Part shown: piece by piece, positions 37,728 to 50,307 of the stretch
Position numbering within the stretch: position 1 is the first letter of the stretch
Layout of the letters: the number at the start of each line of letters is the position of its first letter
Assembly (NCBI RefSeq): GCF_963506605.1
Contig: NC_083282.1
Span: forward strand, 78,802,001-78,866,000
Origin: Zootoca vivipara
Taxonomy: Eukaryota
Direction: 5' to 3'
DNA: 64,000 nt
Position numbers and translations under genes: made by a program
Notes under the pieces: model-generated
What the model saw: the letters and a program-made list of their open reading frames with translations, nothing else
What the model was told of the DNA's origin: nothing
Databases searched by the model: none

Positions 37728-38440
37728 CAGTGTTTCTCAACCTTTTTTGGGCCACGGCACACTTGTTCCGTCAAAAAAATCACGCGGCACACCACCATTA
37801 AAAGATGGGGCAAATCCTGGGGGTTGGGAATGGGTGGGGGACTGAGGAATAGGGAGGATGAGGTTGGTGTACTTGCTGAGAGAGCCCTCGAGCACCGCCT
37901 CCGTCGTCCTGCCTGCCGCCAGCCCCCGCTCCCTCCTGGGCTGGCCGCGGCTGAGCTGGAGCTGCTGCTGCTGCCGCCACCGCCTCCTCCCTCCGGCCTC
38001 CCCGCTGGTGTAGCCGCCGCCACCGCTGCTCCTTGGCGGCCCGAGAGCCCTCCCCAGCTGGCGGAGGAGGACGGCGAGGAGCCCGCTGAGGTGGGGCGGC
38101 TGCTGCTGCGGCTGCGGCTGCTGCTGTTACTGCCGCCGCTGGACGGGGCTGCTGCTGCTCCAGAGTCCCCGCCGCCCTGCGCCGCTGCCTTCTCCATTGA
38201 GCGGCGGGGAGAGCGCGAGGAGGCGGCCTCGGCCATGAAGCGCTGCCTCGCTCAGGGAGCGAGCGCGAGGAGATGACGGAGGAACACCCTTCGCGCCCTC
38301 GCGCCCTCCAGACTGACCCGGCCGGCTTCCTTTCCTATTGGCGGCCGCAAATCGCCCTTCTCGTTGCCTCACGTTGCGGCACAGCAGCCACCGTCTCGCG
38401 GCACAGTAGTGTGCCGCGGAACAGTGGTTGAGAAACGCTG
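37728..38440. mobile_element. hAT (Charlie-like) element carrying captured host sequence (Pack-TIR)
   Basis: TIR CAGTGTTTCTCAACC / GGTTGAGAAACGCTG and perfect 8-bp TSD TGGTAGAT (37720-37727 and 38441-38448). It lies in DPM1 intron 2. Confidence 0.93.
37857..38236 (-). pseudogene. OSBPL10: Captured fragment of OSBPL10 coding exon 1
   Basis: MEKAAAQGGG...[23 protein letters not shown]...AASPGG...GRR, then after a frameshift AVLEGSLSKYTNLI. This parallels the human OSBPL10 N-terminus as I recall it ([32 protein letters not shown]...[23 protein letters not shown]). It is truncated just inside the PH domain. Confidence 0.85.
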
Positions 38441-38674
38441 TGGTAGATTTCTCACCGACAGCTATTATAGAGCATCCTCTGAGGTCAAGTGATGACAACT
38501 CTAAGAATTAGCACAACTTTATAAAGTGAAAATTAAAACTGCATCCAAATATGATAATTCAGGAAATTTCAAACTACTCCCAATGTTGCTACCCATGTTA
38601 TCAATCTGAATAAACTGGTAAACAATTCAGTGTTAAGAAAATGAATAACCCATGCGTTCTAATTTCATCCCTTA

Positions 38675-38878
38675 ATCAGTTCCACAGAGGCGTTCGTAAA
38701 CGGAGGCATTTGCTCCCCGAAGGCACGCTTCTGCGCACGCGCTGCGCAGATCGCTTCTGCGCATGCGCGATCTGCGCATCCGACTCCGCGGAACCCAGAT
38801 GTAAACACTTCCGGGTCCGTGGCGTTCGTAAACGGAGGCGTTCATAAACAGAGGTAGGTGTAAACTGAGGTTCCACTG
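38675..38878. mobile_element. Tigger-like MITE, left end truncated
   Basis: Right terminus GAGGTTCCACTG|TA, repeated GGCGTTCGTAAACGGAGGC, CpG-rich core. Confidence 0.75.
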
Positions 38879-38889
38879 TAATGTTATTA

Positions 38890-39063
<174 letters not shown>

Positions 39064-39351
39064 TTACGTTTTAAATCCAGGTTCAAAAGTTAAAGTATAT
39101 AAAGTATTATGAAAGGCAGTAGGGGAACAGAGAGAAATAGCCAATGTTTCCTCATCAAAGGTAAATGGTGTTATTAATTCTATTACAATGCACTCGCCTC
39201 TCAAAATGGAACTGAAATGCTTCATAGTGTCCTAGCTCCAAGTAAATACAGCAGAATAACAGTAGAGTTTGCACTGTTGACCAATGTTGGTTATTCATTT
39301 CATGGGTCACAGTTGCCTCAGGCAATTTGCCTCATTCAGACACTGAATGAT

Positions 39352-39992
39352 TAGAATCCTAGAATTGGAAGGGACCCCAGGGGTCATCTAGTTCAACCCC
39401 TGCGATACAGGAATCTCATCTAAAGCATCTGTGACAGATGGCCACCCATCATCTGATTATAAACCTCCAAAGAAGGAGAGTCCATCACCTCCTAAGGGAG
39501 TCAGCTCTTAAGGTCAAAAAGTTCTCATTTATTGCAACTTGAATCCATTGGTTCAAGTTCTAGCCCCCGGAGCAGGAGAAAACAAGCTCGCTCCATCTTC
39601 CATGGGACAGTCCTTTAGATATTTCAAGATGGCTACTGTATCTCCTCTCAGCCTCCTCTTCTTTGGGCTAAACATACCCAGCTCCTTCAGCTGTTCCACG
39701 TTAAGGCTTGGTTTCCAGACCCTTTATCATTTTCATCACCCTCCTCTGCATATGTTCCAGCTTGTCAATAGCCTTCCTAAATTGTGGTGACCAAAACTGG
39801 ACACAGTACTCCTGGTGTGGCCCACGGCAGAACAGAGTGATACTATTACTTCCCTTGGCTTGGACGCTATATTTCTGTTGATGCATCCAAAAACAGCATT
39901 AGCTTTTTTGTGCTGCTGCATCATACTGTTGACTCATGCTAAGCTTGTGGTCTACTAAGACCCCTAGATCCTTTTCACAAATACTACTGGCA
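39352..39992 (-). mobile_element. CR1 LINE 3' fragment
   Basis: KKANAVFGCINRNIAS and EYCVQFWSPQFRKAIDKLE remnants, plus a CR1 tail. Confidence 0.88.
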
Positions 39993-41071
39993 ACCTACCG
40001 CGTAGGTGTCCCATTCAAGAGATCTGGCCCTTAAACCAGCATTCCAAATAAGTAAGTTACTGTACTACAGTACTCCATAAATAAAGCTATCATATTTGAT
40101 TTTGGCTCTTTATCAACATGCAATAATGTGCTTACAGCTGGTGAAAAATCATGTTTCAGGAGAAGTTGCTGGCAATCTACACACAGCTTGCTCTGTCTGT
40201 CAAAACAGGCTGAAAAATTTCACCATAGGCAAGAATCCTAAGACTGCTTAATGAAAACATTCAAAATCCACACTCTGACGCTTACTCACTTACAGGTACA
40301 CATAAACCGGTCTATAGATTGCCTTGAGACAGTGGTTTGGAAAGTGATTAATAAATTGATTTTCATAATAATATAGGAATGTCCCTGGAAAATCACCATC
40401 CAGTTTACATGCAGATAGGGGGAAATAATGTTTAGGTTTCACTCCTATCCTATACACACTTGCTTGGAAGGAAATCTCACTTGGACACGAAGGAAAAGTT
40501 TACTTCCAAGTAGACACACACAGGTTTGTGCTGTCAGGCTTTAATCCTATGCACACACTCCCCTAAGTGTGAAAACCCCAATGGACACAGTGAGATTTAC
40601 ACGCACAGGGCTTCCCTGCAAAGTCCTAGCTTTTCTAAAACAACAAACAGACAAAAGTCATGTCTAAACATATTCTATGGGGGCGTAATGGGTCTGACGC
40701 ATCCTTAAAACCTTAGTTATGGGCTGGTGCCTGAAACAATAGAAGCAGATACATCTTTTACCCCTGGAAGCTAAGCAGACCCAATACCATCATGCCCTTA
40801 CTTCTGGGTACATATACCACGGATTCATAACCCCCGACACCTTGAAAACGGCCTCGGGAGGAAAGCTTATCCCCACGATATGGAGGATTCTAATTCGCAA
40901 CGGCGACGATGGGAAACGGAACGGGGGTCTGGAAGATGGGACTAGCTATTCCAGATTAACTAACGCGGAGTACAGGAACGGGGCGGATTTTTTCAGGGGG
41001 AGCTCGTTAGCGCTAGGGGATTTTTTGTATATAGAGTCGCTGAAACGATGCAAGTCCCCTCCCCTCAGTCA

Positions 41072-41380
<309 letters not shown>

Positions 41381-42691
41381 ATGGCAGCGGGAAAGCGCGC
41401 TGAGGGGAGCGTGTTGGGAGGCGGCGGCGGCGGCGGGTCCCAGGAGGCGGAGGCGCCAGGCCCTCTTCTCCCGCTGAGCCGGCTGGACATCCGGCGCTAC
41501 TCCCGCCAGCTGGTTCTCCCGGAGCTGGGCGTGAGCGGCCAGCTGCGGCTGTCGGGCTCCTCGGTGCTGGTGGTGGGCTGCGGAGGGCTGGGCTGCCCCG
41601 TGGCTCAGTACCTGGCGGCGGCGGGCGTGGGCCGCTTGGGCCTGGTGGACCCGGACGTGGTGGAGTTGGACAACCTCCACAGGCAGGTGCTGCACCGGGA
41701 GAGCCGCCTGGGCACCCCGAAAGCGCGCTCGGCGGCCTCGGCGCTGGGGGAGCTCAATTCCCGGGTGCGCTGCGTGCCTTACGAGCTGTCCCTGTCGCCC
41801 AGCAACGCCCTGCAGCTGGTCCGAGACCACGACGTGGTGGCCGACTGCTCGGACAACGTGCCCACCCGCTACCTGGTCAACGATGCCTGCGTCCTGGCCG
41901 GGAAGCCCCTGGTCTCCGCCAGCGCCCTCAGGCTCGAAGGGCAGCTGGTGGTGTACAACCACCAAGGAGGCCCCTGCTACCGCTGCCTGTTCCCCAAGCC
42001 GCCCCCTCCGGAGACGGTCACCAACTGCGCTGATGGAGGGGTCCTGGGGGTCGTGCCTGGCATCCTCGGTACCCTCCAGGCCTTGGAAGTGATCAAGATC
42101 GCCTCTGGCATGGGTGCCACATGCCACAGGTCCATGCTGCTCTTCGACGCCCTGGAAGGCAGGTTCCGCCACATCAAGCTGAGGCCCAGGGACCCCAGGT
42201 GTGCTGTCTGTGGGGACAGCCCCACAGTGACCGCCCTCCAGGACTACGAGGAGTTCTGTGGGTCATCGGCCACAGACAAGTGCCGGGCGCTGGACCTGTT
42301 GAGCAGCGAGGAGAGGGTGTCTGTGGAAGAGTACAAAAGGGTCCTGGACAGCCAGGCTCCTCACGTGTTGGTGGACGTGCGCCCGCCAGTGGAAGTGGAC
42401 ATCTGCCGCCTGCCGCATTCCCTCCACATGCCCTTAAGTAAGCTGGAAGGAGGGGACGAAGGAGCCCTGAAGTCCCTGCGGCAGAGGATACACGAAGCGA
42501 GGCAAGGGGCGGACGACAGCTCGGCTCTCCCCCTTTACGTGGTCTGCAAATTGGGAAATGACTCTCAGAAGGCTGTGCGAATATTGCAGGGGTTGTCTCA
42601 GAATGAACTAGGTCCCATTTCTGTCAAGGATATCAGGGGAGGGCTGATGGCATGGGCTAGCAAAATCGATGAAGAGTTCCCCCAGTATTGA
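41381..42691 (+). CDS. MOCS3: Adenylyltransferase and sulfurtransferase MOCS3 (UBA4), intronless, 436 aa
   Basis: RYSRQL, GCGGLG nucleotide-binding loop, [12 protein letters not shown] and CAVC zinc motifs, C-terminal rhodanese domain with CKLGNDSQ, and synteny with DPM1. Confidence 0.98.
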   Translation: MAAGKRAEGSVLGGGGGGGSQEAEAPGPLLPLSRLDIRRYSRQLVLPELGVSGQLRLSGSSVLVVGCGGLGCPVAQYLAAAGVGRLGLVDPDVVELDNLHRQVLHRESRLGTPKARSAASALGELNSRVRCVPYELSLSPSNALQLVRDHDVVADCSDNVPTRYLVNDACVLAGKPLVSASALRLEGQLVVYNHQGGPCYRCLFPKPPPPETVTNCADGGVLGVVPGILGTLQALEVIKIASGMGATCHRSMLLFDALEGRFRHIKLRPRDPRCAVCGDSPTVTALQDYEEFCGSSATDKCRALDLLSSEERVSVEEYKRVLDSQAPHVLVDVRPPVEVDICRLPHSLHMPLSKLEGGDEGALKSLRQRIHEARQGADDSSALPLYVVCKLGNDSQKAVRILQGLSQNELGPISVKDIRGGLMAWASKIDEEFPQY

Positions 42692-44160
42692 TGTTTTCTA
42701 AGAGCGATAGCGTTCTGTTTTTATTCAAGCGTTTCATTGGTCACTGTCGTGGCTGAAAATATTTGTAATAATCCTGCAGAAGCCTTTTCGGAATATATGA
42801 AATTTATTTTTTTAGGAAAAAAGTTGTTGTTGTTGTTATAAAAGATAAGTGTGTGTGCGTCGATTTGTTAAAAAGTCATATGGGCTTGTAGCCAGTGGAC
42901 ATCATTTAGGGATTTTAATTAATTTAATGCATCTAATTTAATTAATTAATGCATCTACTGATGAGAAATGCAAATCGTGGCATTTCAGAAGAATTGCTTC
43001 CATAATAAGCTGGTTAATTTACATCTTTACTTTTGAATTTCTAATACTTTTCCTTTTACTATTGATGCTGCGACATCAAGGCATATATCAGGTTCCATCT
43101 ATGTACATCAAATACTCTTGAGAGCATTGAACATCACCGATCCAGTGAACTTTGGAAATGATACTGAACTTTGAAAATGGCAGTCTCCTCTTCACTTTTC
43201 TTTATCTTTTTCATCGTGTGTCTTTAGTAATTATTTTGCTTAACGAAGCTGAGAGAGTGCAAGTATTGTGCCTTGTTAAATTGAGAGAGAGCACTCTTCA
43301 ATTTTCTCATGTATTCCTTCTTCCCCTCTTTGCTGCATCCCACTGTATCAGTTTGGATGCCATTTGCTGTCTCTACATCTTGGAGAATATTTGCTCCTGA
43401 GTCCTATTGGGTGTATGGGGTTTACATCTTGTACATATCCTTTGCTTTCTCCCACACACTATTGCTGGGAACTTTTGTTATCTAGCACTTCATCTCTTCC
43501 TTTAGCTCCAGTCTCTCCATTTTTCTTCATGACCTACTTGGTTGTGAGTTATAAAATCATGCGAAAGAGGCATTCCTAAATAACTTGGAGGAAGACATTT
43601 ATATAACCAATAACTTGAGGTTTTCCCCCTCGTATCTGCTTGAACCCGACTAGTAGTGGATTTCGGAAAGAGCCATTTTCTGTACAACAAGAAAATGATG
43701 TCCGTTGTGTACTGTACTATTCATCTCCTTGTCTGTACTGGTGTGCAAATGTCCTCTGGCATGAAGGTCATGGCTCATATGTTTACTCAACTAACAGATC
43801 TTGGGAGAATGCTAACAAAACATGTGCTTCCTCAGTACTGCAAAATAAATACATAAATCAAAAATAATTTGACTCACTGAACATATAAATGTATTCACAA
43901 GCATTTGCGTGGCTTTTTCCTGTGTTCAGAGTTCATGATGTCAAACAGATCTTGGAGATTTGGGACAGAAAATAGGGTGAAACAGCTGTGCAATAAATGT
44001 CACAATAGGAGGGAGATTGAGAACCATGTGATTATTTGAACAGATACTGTCCCCACTCCCCCCCCCCAATATTCCTTTGCAGATAGAGGCATTAGATAAA
44101 TGAAGATGAAAGCTGGAGTTTTGGGAATCCCTCTCACTTCAGTTGTTGCTTGCTATAGAA

Positions 44161-45300
44161 CAGGGGTGTCAAACTCAAATTCATCGGGGGCCGCATCAGC
44201 AGTTTGGTCACCCTCAAAGGGCCGGTTGTATCTGTAGGACTATGTGTCCACTCTTTATTATCATAAATTATTGTCACTGCATTCAATTATTACTGTTTTT
44301 GTAATAATGTAAGTAATAACTAGTTCTGAAAGCAGAAACATAGTCAGAATAATGGCAAGTAGATATTCAAATGTACAATTATTGTACAATTTATTGAAAA
44401 ATGATTTTTGGTAACTGCACTGGGTGGTGGAGGCTCACTAGGGTTTCATGCAGGACCTTTGCAGAGCTACTAGTACCTGGAGATGCTGTGGTCCTTCTGC
44501 ATGCAGGACAGATGTTCTGTCAGTGAGCCACCACCCTTCACCAAAGGGACTGGCTGAGGTGGAATCACTGGAGCTGCTCTCCTGGTTCCAGGGTTTAAGG
44601 GCTAGAAGTATAAAGCAGCATCCTATGTTTCTGAGGAGAGGGAGAGGGAGGGGAGGGGAGGGAGGAAGGAAGGAAGAAAAGAGGGAGTGGGAGGGAGAGA
44701 GGAAGGAAGGAAAGAGGGGAGAGAAAGAAGAGTAGGAAATAAGGAAGGGAATAAAGAAGGAAAGAAAAAGAAAGAGGGAGAGAAGACGGAAAGGGAGAAA
44801 GAAGGAAGGAAGGAGAGGGAAAGAAAGAATAAGAACGAGAGAGAGGAAGAGTCCCGAGCCTCTGGGACGCAGCAGTGCTCTGTAGCACTTTGAATCCTCC
44901 TCCTCCTCCATGCGGCGCTGCTGGGTGCTTTGTCTGTGCTTCAGCAGCAGCAGCAGCCGTTTCCAGGCGCCGAGCCGTGGCAGGAGGAGGAGGATTCAAA
45001 GTGCTACAGAGCACTGCTGCGTCCCAGAGGCTCGGGACTCTCCGTGCGGTGCTGCCGGGCGCTGACCTGGCAAGCTGCCTCCTCCTCCTCCTGCTGTGGC
45101 TCGGGGCACTCCACGCAGCGCTGCTCTGGCCGCCTTTCTACCCCCCCCCAGGTCCCAGCTGTTTGTCGGTGCTTTGTCGGCGCGGCGCTTCAGCAGCAAG
45201 GTCCCACTGCTGGGTCCCGCTGGCTGGGGCGCTCGGCGGGCCACATGACGAGGTCTGGCGGGCCGGATTTGGCCCCCCGGCCTTGTGTTTGACACCCGTG
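44161..45300. mobile_element. Composite hAT element with heterogeneous cargo
   Basis: TIR CAGGGGTGTCAAAC / GTTTGACACCCGTG and 8-bp TSD CTATAGAA (44153-44160 and 45301-45308). Confidence 0.9.
44848..45041. repeat. Perfect 60-bp inverted repeat with a 74-nt spacer
   Basis: 44848-44907 is the exact reverse complement of 44982-45041. Confidence 0.95.
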
Positions 45301-45625
45301 CTATAGAATTTATTATTCCCAAATCATCTTTTTTTAAAGTATCTGATTATGTGTTTAAATAGTCAACTTTTACACAGTGAGAACTTTAAAACATTCATAT
45401 CCCACCTCAGTAACAATAATTCTTGAGGCAGCTGACAATATGAAAGCATGCCATAATTAATAGAATACTACAATAAAATTTAAACAGAAAAGCATATCCA
45501 GTCTTTTAGATTGAAGTACTGAGCACCATGCATGCTAATGGCACTGTGTCTCCTGTTATACAGTATTCCTATACTGTTTTTGTCCCCTTTTCATACATTT
45601 ACTAGCTATGACTGTGATCCTGTGT

Positions 45626-45865
45626 GAGCCAGTGTGGTGTAGTGATTAAGAGCGGTAGACTCGTAATCTGGGAAGCCGGGTTCAAGTCTCTGCTCCTCCA
45701 CATGCAGCTGCTGGGTGACCTTGGGCTAGTCACACTTCTCTGAAGTCTCTCAGCCCCACCCACCTCACAGGGTGTCTGTTGTGGGGGAGGAGGGGAAAGG
45801 AGATTGTTAGCTGCTTTGAGACTCCTTCGGGTAGTGATAAAGCGGGATATCAAATCCAAATTCAT
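45626..45865 (+). mobile_element. tRNA-derived SINE (Squam3-like)
   Basis: TGGTGTAGTG box A, GGGTTCAAGTC box B, CTGGGTGACCTTGGGCTAGTCAC core. Confidence 0.8.
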
Positions 45866-45954
45866 TCTAAATGAAATGAAATAGGGCTACTTTTTGCAGG
45901 GTGGAGTGCATGTGTGCTAGAAATTCAATCAAATCTATTCTGGGCACTTTAGAG

Positions 45955-46412
45955 CAGGAGTTTTCAACCCTTTTGAGGTCACAGCTCCCTTGACCAACTA
46001 CATTCTTTCTGTGGCACCCCTGTGGGGCTCAGGAGCCCGGTTACGTCATCCCTTGCCTGCTGAGTTGACAGTCTCTCACCCTTTTTCAGACACCCTCCCT
46101 TGTGGAGTGTTCCCTCAGCCTCAGTCTCCCCTTTCCTTGGGAGTCCTCCAGGCAACTGCCACAGCCACCCCTGGTCTCTGAACCGTCTCGGCTCCTGGCA
46201 ACCCAGCCCCAGAAGCACCATTTGCCTGGGGAGCTTGTAGCCAGGGCTGCTGCAACAAACAGCTGTGCAAGTCTTTAAAAGGCAGGGATGGGAGAGGGCA
46301 TCAGAGGAGGGAGGGAAGGAAAGAGCAACAGAGGCCAGTGTTGCCCTCAGCACCCCTGACCATCAATCAAAGGCAGCCCACGGTGCCACGGCACATTGGT
46401 TGAAAACCACTG
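45955..46412. mobile_element. hAT (Charlie-like) MITE
   Basis: CAGGAGTTTTCAACC / GGTTGAAAACCACTG termini and 8-bp TSD CTTTAGAG. Confidence 0.88.
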
Positions 46413-47167
46413 CTTTAGAGAACACGATAAGTGGTATTTAGCCAAGCTATCGGAGATTAGGGGAAAATACAAAGTGATATGGATGGTACCTGACTAAGTC
46501 ATCTTGGAGTAGATCATTATGATCAGTGGACAAGTTAATTATGACTAACTGAATCCCATTGATTTCAGTGTTTCTACTTGGACTCTGACTTGGATACCAC
46601 TCTATATGGCTTAACTGTAACATGGGTAATGTTTCTAACAGCTTTAATAGGCTGTGAATATTACATTCATTTTTTTCTTCCTCTTAGTGCGCTTAGTGCT
46701 AGAGACTTTTGACATGTGATGAAAATTTACAGTTGAAGCTGAACATACCTTACACACCCACCCCTCCCCATTATCTGTCTGCATGACCTTAGATGAATAC
46801 TAGGATATATGTGTAATAAATAACATAATCTCAACAGTCCAATCAGTTGATCTTGCTAATTTAGATATTTGTGTAATTAAATGTCTAGGTTCAAGAAATA
46901 TGGCCTACCTAGGTTGCAACTCAGAATCATATTGCAATCTTAGATTTATATCACTACAACTACATTCCTGAGAAACCATTGGCTCTTACGGTTGATTTGA
47001 ATGTGTGTTTTCATGTTTGCTATTGTCATTCGTGCTTTCCATATTACATTTTGTACTTGTAGATCTACACTGGCAGTTTCCACAGAGTTCTGTTATAATG
47101 TGGCTAATACCACCCATTGTGTACATCATGTAGCAATCCTGTACCTCTGCAGTAAATTCCTTGGTAA

Positions 47168-47430
47168 TGACTGGCAGACCAACTCTGCGTTGCAAAGATA
47201 TCTGCAAACATGCCATGAAGGCTGGCAACACCAAACCTGCAGATGACCGCAGTGCCTGGAGACAGGAAGTCAGGTTGTGCATCCATAGTGACCAGAGAAG
47301 GAATGACTGCAGCAAAGAGCATAGAGAAAATAAACACCATGGTGCTTGTGCAGCAGCACAACCGGATGCCTTACTCTGTGACAGCTACAACAAAACGTGC
47401 CTCCTGTGTCAGTCTCTACAGCCACAGCAG
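47168..47430 (+). mobile_element. RTE-clade LINE 3' fragment (not Bov-B)
   Basis: GRPTLRCKDICKHAMKAGN...DRSAWRQ remnant. A related piece lies at about 52020-52165(-). Confidence 0.65.
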
Positions 47431-47667
47431 GAAGAAGAAGAGTTTGGATTTGATATCCCGCTTTATCACTACCTGAAGGAGTCTCAAAGCGGCTAACAAT
47501 CTCCTTTCCCCCCCTCCCCCACAACAGAGGGGATGGGGCTGATAGATTTCAAAGAAGTGTGACTAGCCCAAGGTCACCCAGCAGCTGCATGTGGAGGAGC
47601 GGAGATGCGAACCCGATTCCCCAGATTATGAGTCTACCGCTCTTAACCACTACACCACAATGGCTCT
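47431..47667 (-). mobile_element. tRNA-derived SINE (Squam3-like), inverted relative to 45626-45865
   Basis: Reverse complement of the 45626 copy, with a (CTT)n tail. Confidence 0.8.
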
Positions 47668-50307
47668 GGCACTGGCTCTGTGTGGCACTACACCACACAG
47701 GAACTGTACTCTTCCAACTGTTTGGCTTCACCCCAAAAGGGGCACTCCTCCATTATATTCCGAGACAGATGAATGGCAGCAGCAATGACTGGCAGTAACC
47801 TGGAAGCTTCTTAGTGTGATTCAGCCCACACATGAGCTGGCTCTATGGCTGTTGTGGAAAACCCTCATATACATACTAACAGCAGATTTACTAACAGCAG
47901 ATTTACACCATGGGAATAGTCTAGCATGTAAATCTGCCTGCAGTGAAATCTAGTGCAAAATTGCATTTTAAAGTTTGCACAGTTAAATCAACATGTGCTA
48001 GGTGGCGCTGCAGGGTAATACATGATTAACTTTGCATGGCGGGAATCTCAATACATGGGATGAGAATGAGCTGCTTCATTTTAGACAGTTACCATATTTT
48101 GGGAGGACTGGAATTTTGTGCAAATCATATAAAATCGACAGCAGCAATTTGGTACATATAATTTAGCAGTTCAAAAGCAGCACATAATGACAGGCTGAAG
48201 ACAGTTAAAAAGAGAGAAAAGAATGAAGCAAAAAGTTTCTGTGTTGCCTGCATTCATTTCAAGTGTGGTGCTGCAGGTGGCCATGCAGATTTCATTAAAA
48301 TGAATGGACAGTGCTAAGTAGCACAGGCACAATAGGATCACAAACATGCTGGTTAAGTTTCAGGCTGTTGGATATTCAGAATGCTCCAGTTCATGCCCCA
48401 TTAGGGGAATAATTGTCCTACCTAAAATTGCCCAGTACTTAAAGCATTTTAGTTTTTAACTTTCAAAGAAAATTGGGGAGGTTTCTTAAAGAATCAGATT
48501 GTTTCCTGTATGGATAACCTTTACCACAAAATGTAAAGAATCAGATTTTCATGTTGTGCCCCTTCCCTTAAAGCATCAGGATTATAAATCTTGATTAAAG
48601 TACTTTTCTACTAATCCAGGGGGGAAATAAGAATTGAGCTTTCAGAGGTTTCCCCCCCTCCCCCAGTTTCTGGAAAGATTAAGTATATAACTCAAGCATT
48701 ACTGACAAACATTACTGACACACCTTCAGATCTTAAATAGCTAAAACAATTCTTTTGATCAGTTCCTGACAATCCTGATCATACTGCTTTATCCATCTGT
48801 TACAGTGCAAAGTTGATCTACCAGTCTTTGAGGTTAGTCTCAATGGGACTTGTCCCTCTTTTTTCTGGAATCTATAGTATCCATCCTTCTGGGGATGCTA
48901 GCCAGATCCAAGACAAAGCCACAAATAGTGCCCATATTCCTACTTCATGCTGATTCGTGCCTAACAATAAAATGACATACAAAACTATGCCTTAAGAATG
49001 GTGTGTGTGCCGCCCTTTCGCTGAATCCTTGGACAGATGGAACTCAGTATAACTGCACCCATTCTCCCATTACTTCACCTTTGGCCCAGACTCGACCCTA
49101 ATCTTCCATTGATGAACACTTGCTCCTTGCTCACATATGCTTCATGCCAGGCTCTGGACCCAATGAACTTATTACTTCTGCTCCTGCTCGGATTCCTTGC
49201 CTAGAGCCGTTTCTAATGCTGCAGCACTGCTGGCACAAGGAACTTGCATGTGGGCAACAGGACTTCCTCTCTTGCACCCTCAAAATAAGCTCTGGGGGTT
49301 GAGGAATGCACACTAGGAAGAAGAAATGGAAGTCCCATTGTGCCCATGGAGCTCCACTGCGTTATATTGTAAATTGTCCTGTGATCTTTGGATGAAGGAT
49401 GGTATAGAAATAGTAATAGTAATAGTAATAGTAGAAATAATAATAATAATAGGATACAACCACTTGTGTTTGACCATTGCTCCTTCTCTCCTTTCTCCTC
49501 ACAAGTAAATGCCAAGATGTGATGCATAGTAGGGTAAATTCCTTCTTATCCCTTCCCTGCTGCTCTATAATTTGTACTGCTGAAAACCAAGCTTCCTGCA
49601 CATGCATTACTCAGCATAATGTACTTGTGTGGCTAACTGAGCTTCCCCCTGCTCTCAGTACTTCTCAAACAGCAGTGGGACTAGAAGTCCTGATTTTATT
49701 GAAGTCAGCTGTAAAGGTTCTTTTGATTCCAGTACTGCTAGTATATAAAATCCAGCACCCCACGAGCCTTGTTAACAGATAACAATGCTGTTCTCAGGAA
49801 CGGTGTAGAAGCGAATGTTAAGCCAGCATGCTCACTATAGGCAGCATCTGAAAAACATGCTGGATCTCAAAACAACAAAGGATCGTAAAAATTATGCACT
49901 TTCATATACACTCCAACAGGCCTAGTTCTTTTCGATTCTCTCCCTGTTTCAAGTACTCACTGCTCCCCCCCCCAATTTGGGAAACAGCTGAGGATTTCTT
50001 TTAAAAATAATGTTTGCTCAAATATGTAGTACATTTGCCTTCTTGGGGGCTCAGCTCCCTTACCCTGCTCTCTAGAAGCTTAATCTCAGTTTGACAAATG
50101 CACCTTGACCCCTGTGCACATTGTGGAAATGGACACACAGAGACACAGAAATGCCAGTGCTGCTACAATCCTTAACGCTGCCTATCTAGATGAGTTTAAG
50201 CTGCAGCTGTTTTGTAAGTGGGTCCATATGTTCTACTGAATGTTATTAAGTTTACTCGAGCCAGTGTGTTGTATTGGTCAGAGTGCCAGGCCGAAAGGGA
50301 CAGAAGA

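Noticed and set aside
37692-38276. 194-aa plus-strand ORF
   Set aside because: Antisense reading of the captured OSBPL10 fragment plus TIR sequence.
43844-43849. AATAAA as the MOCS3 poly(A) signal
   Set aside because: Plausible but one of several A-rich candidates (another at about 43992). It cannot be assigned without 3'-end data.
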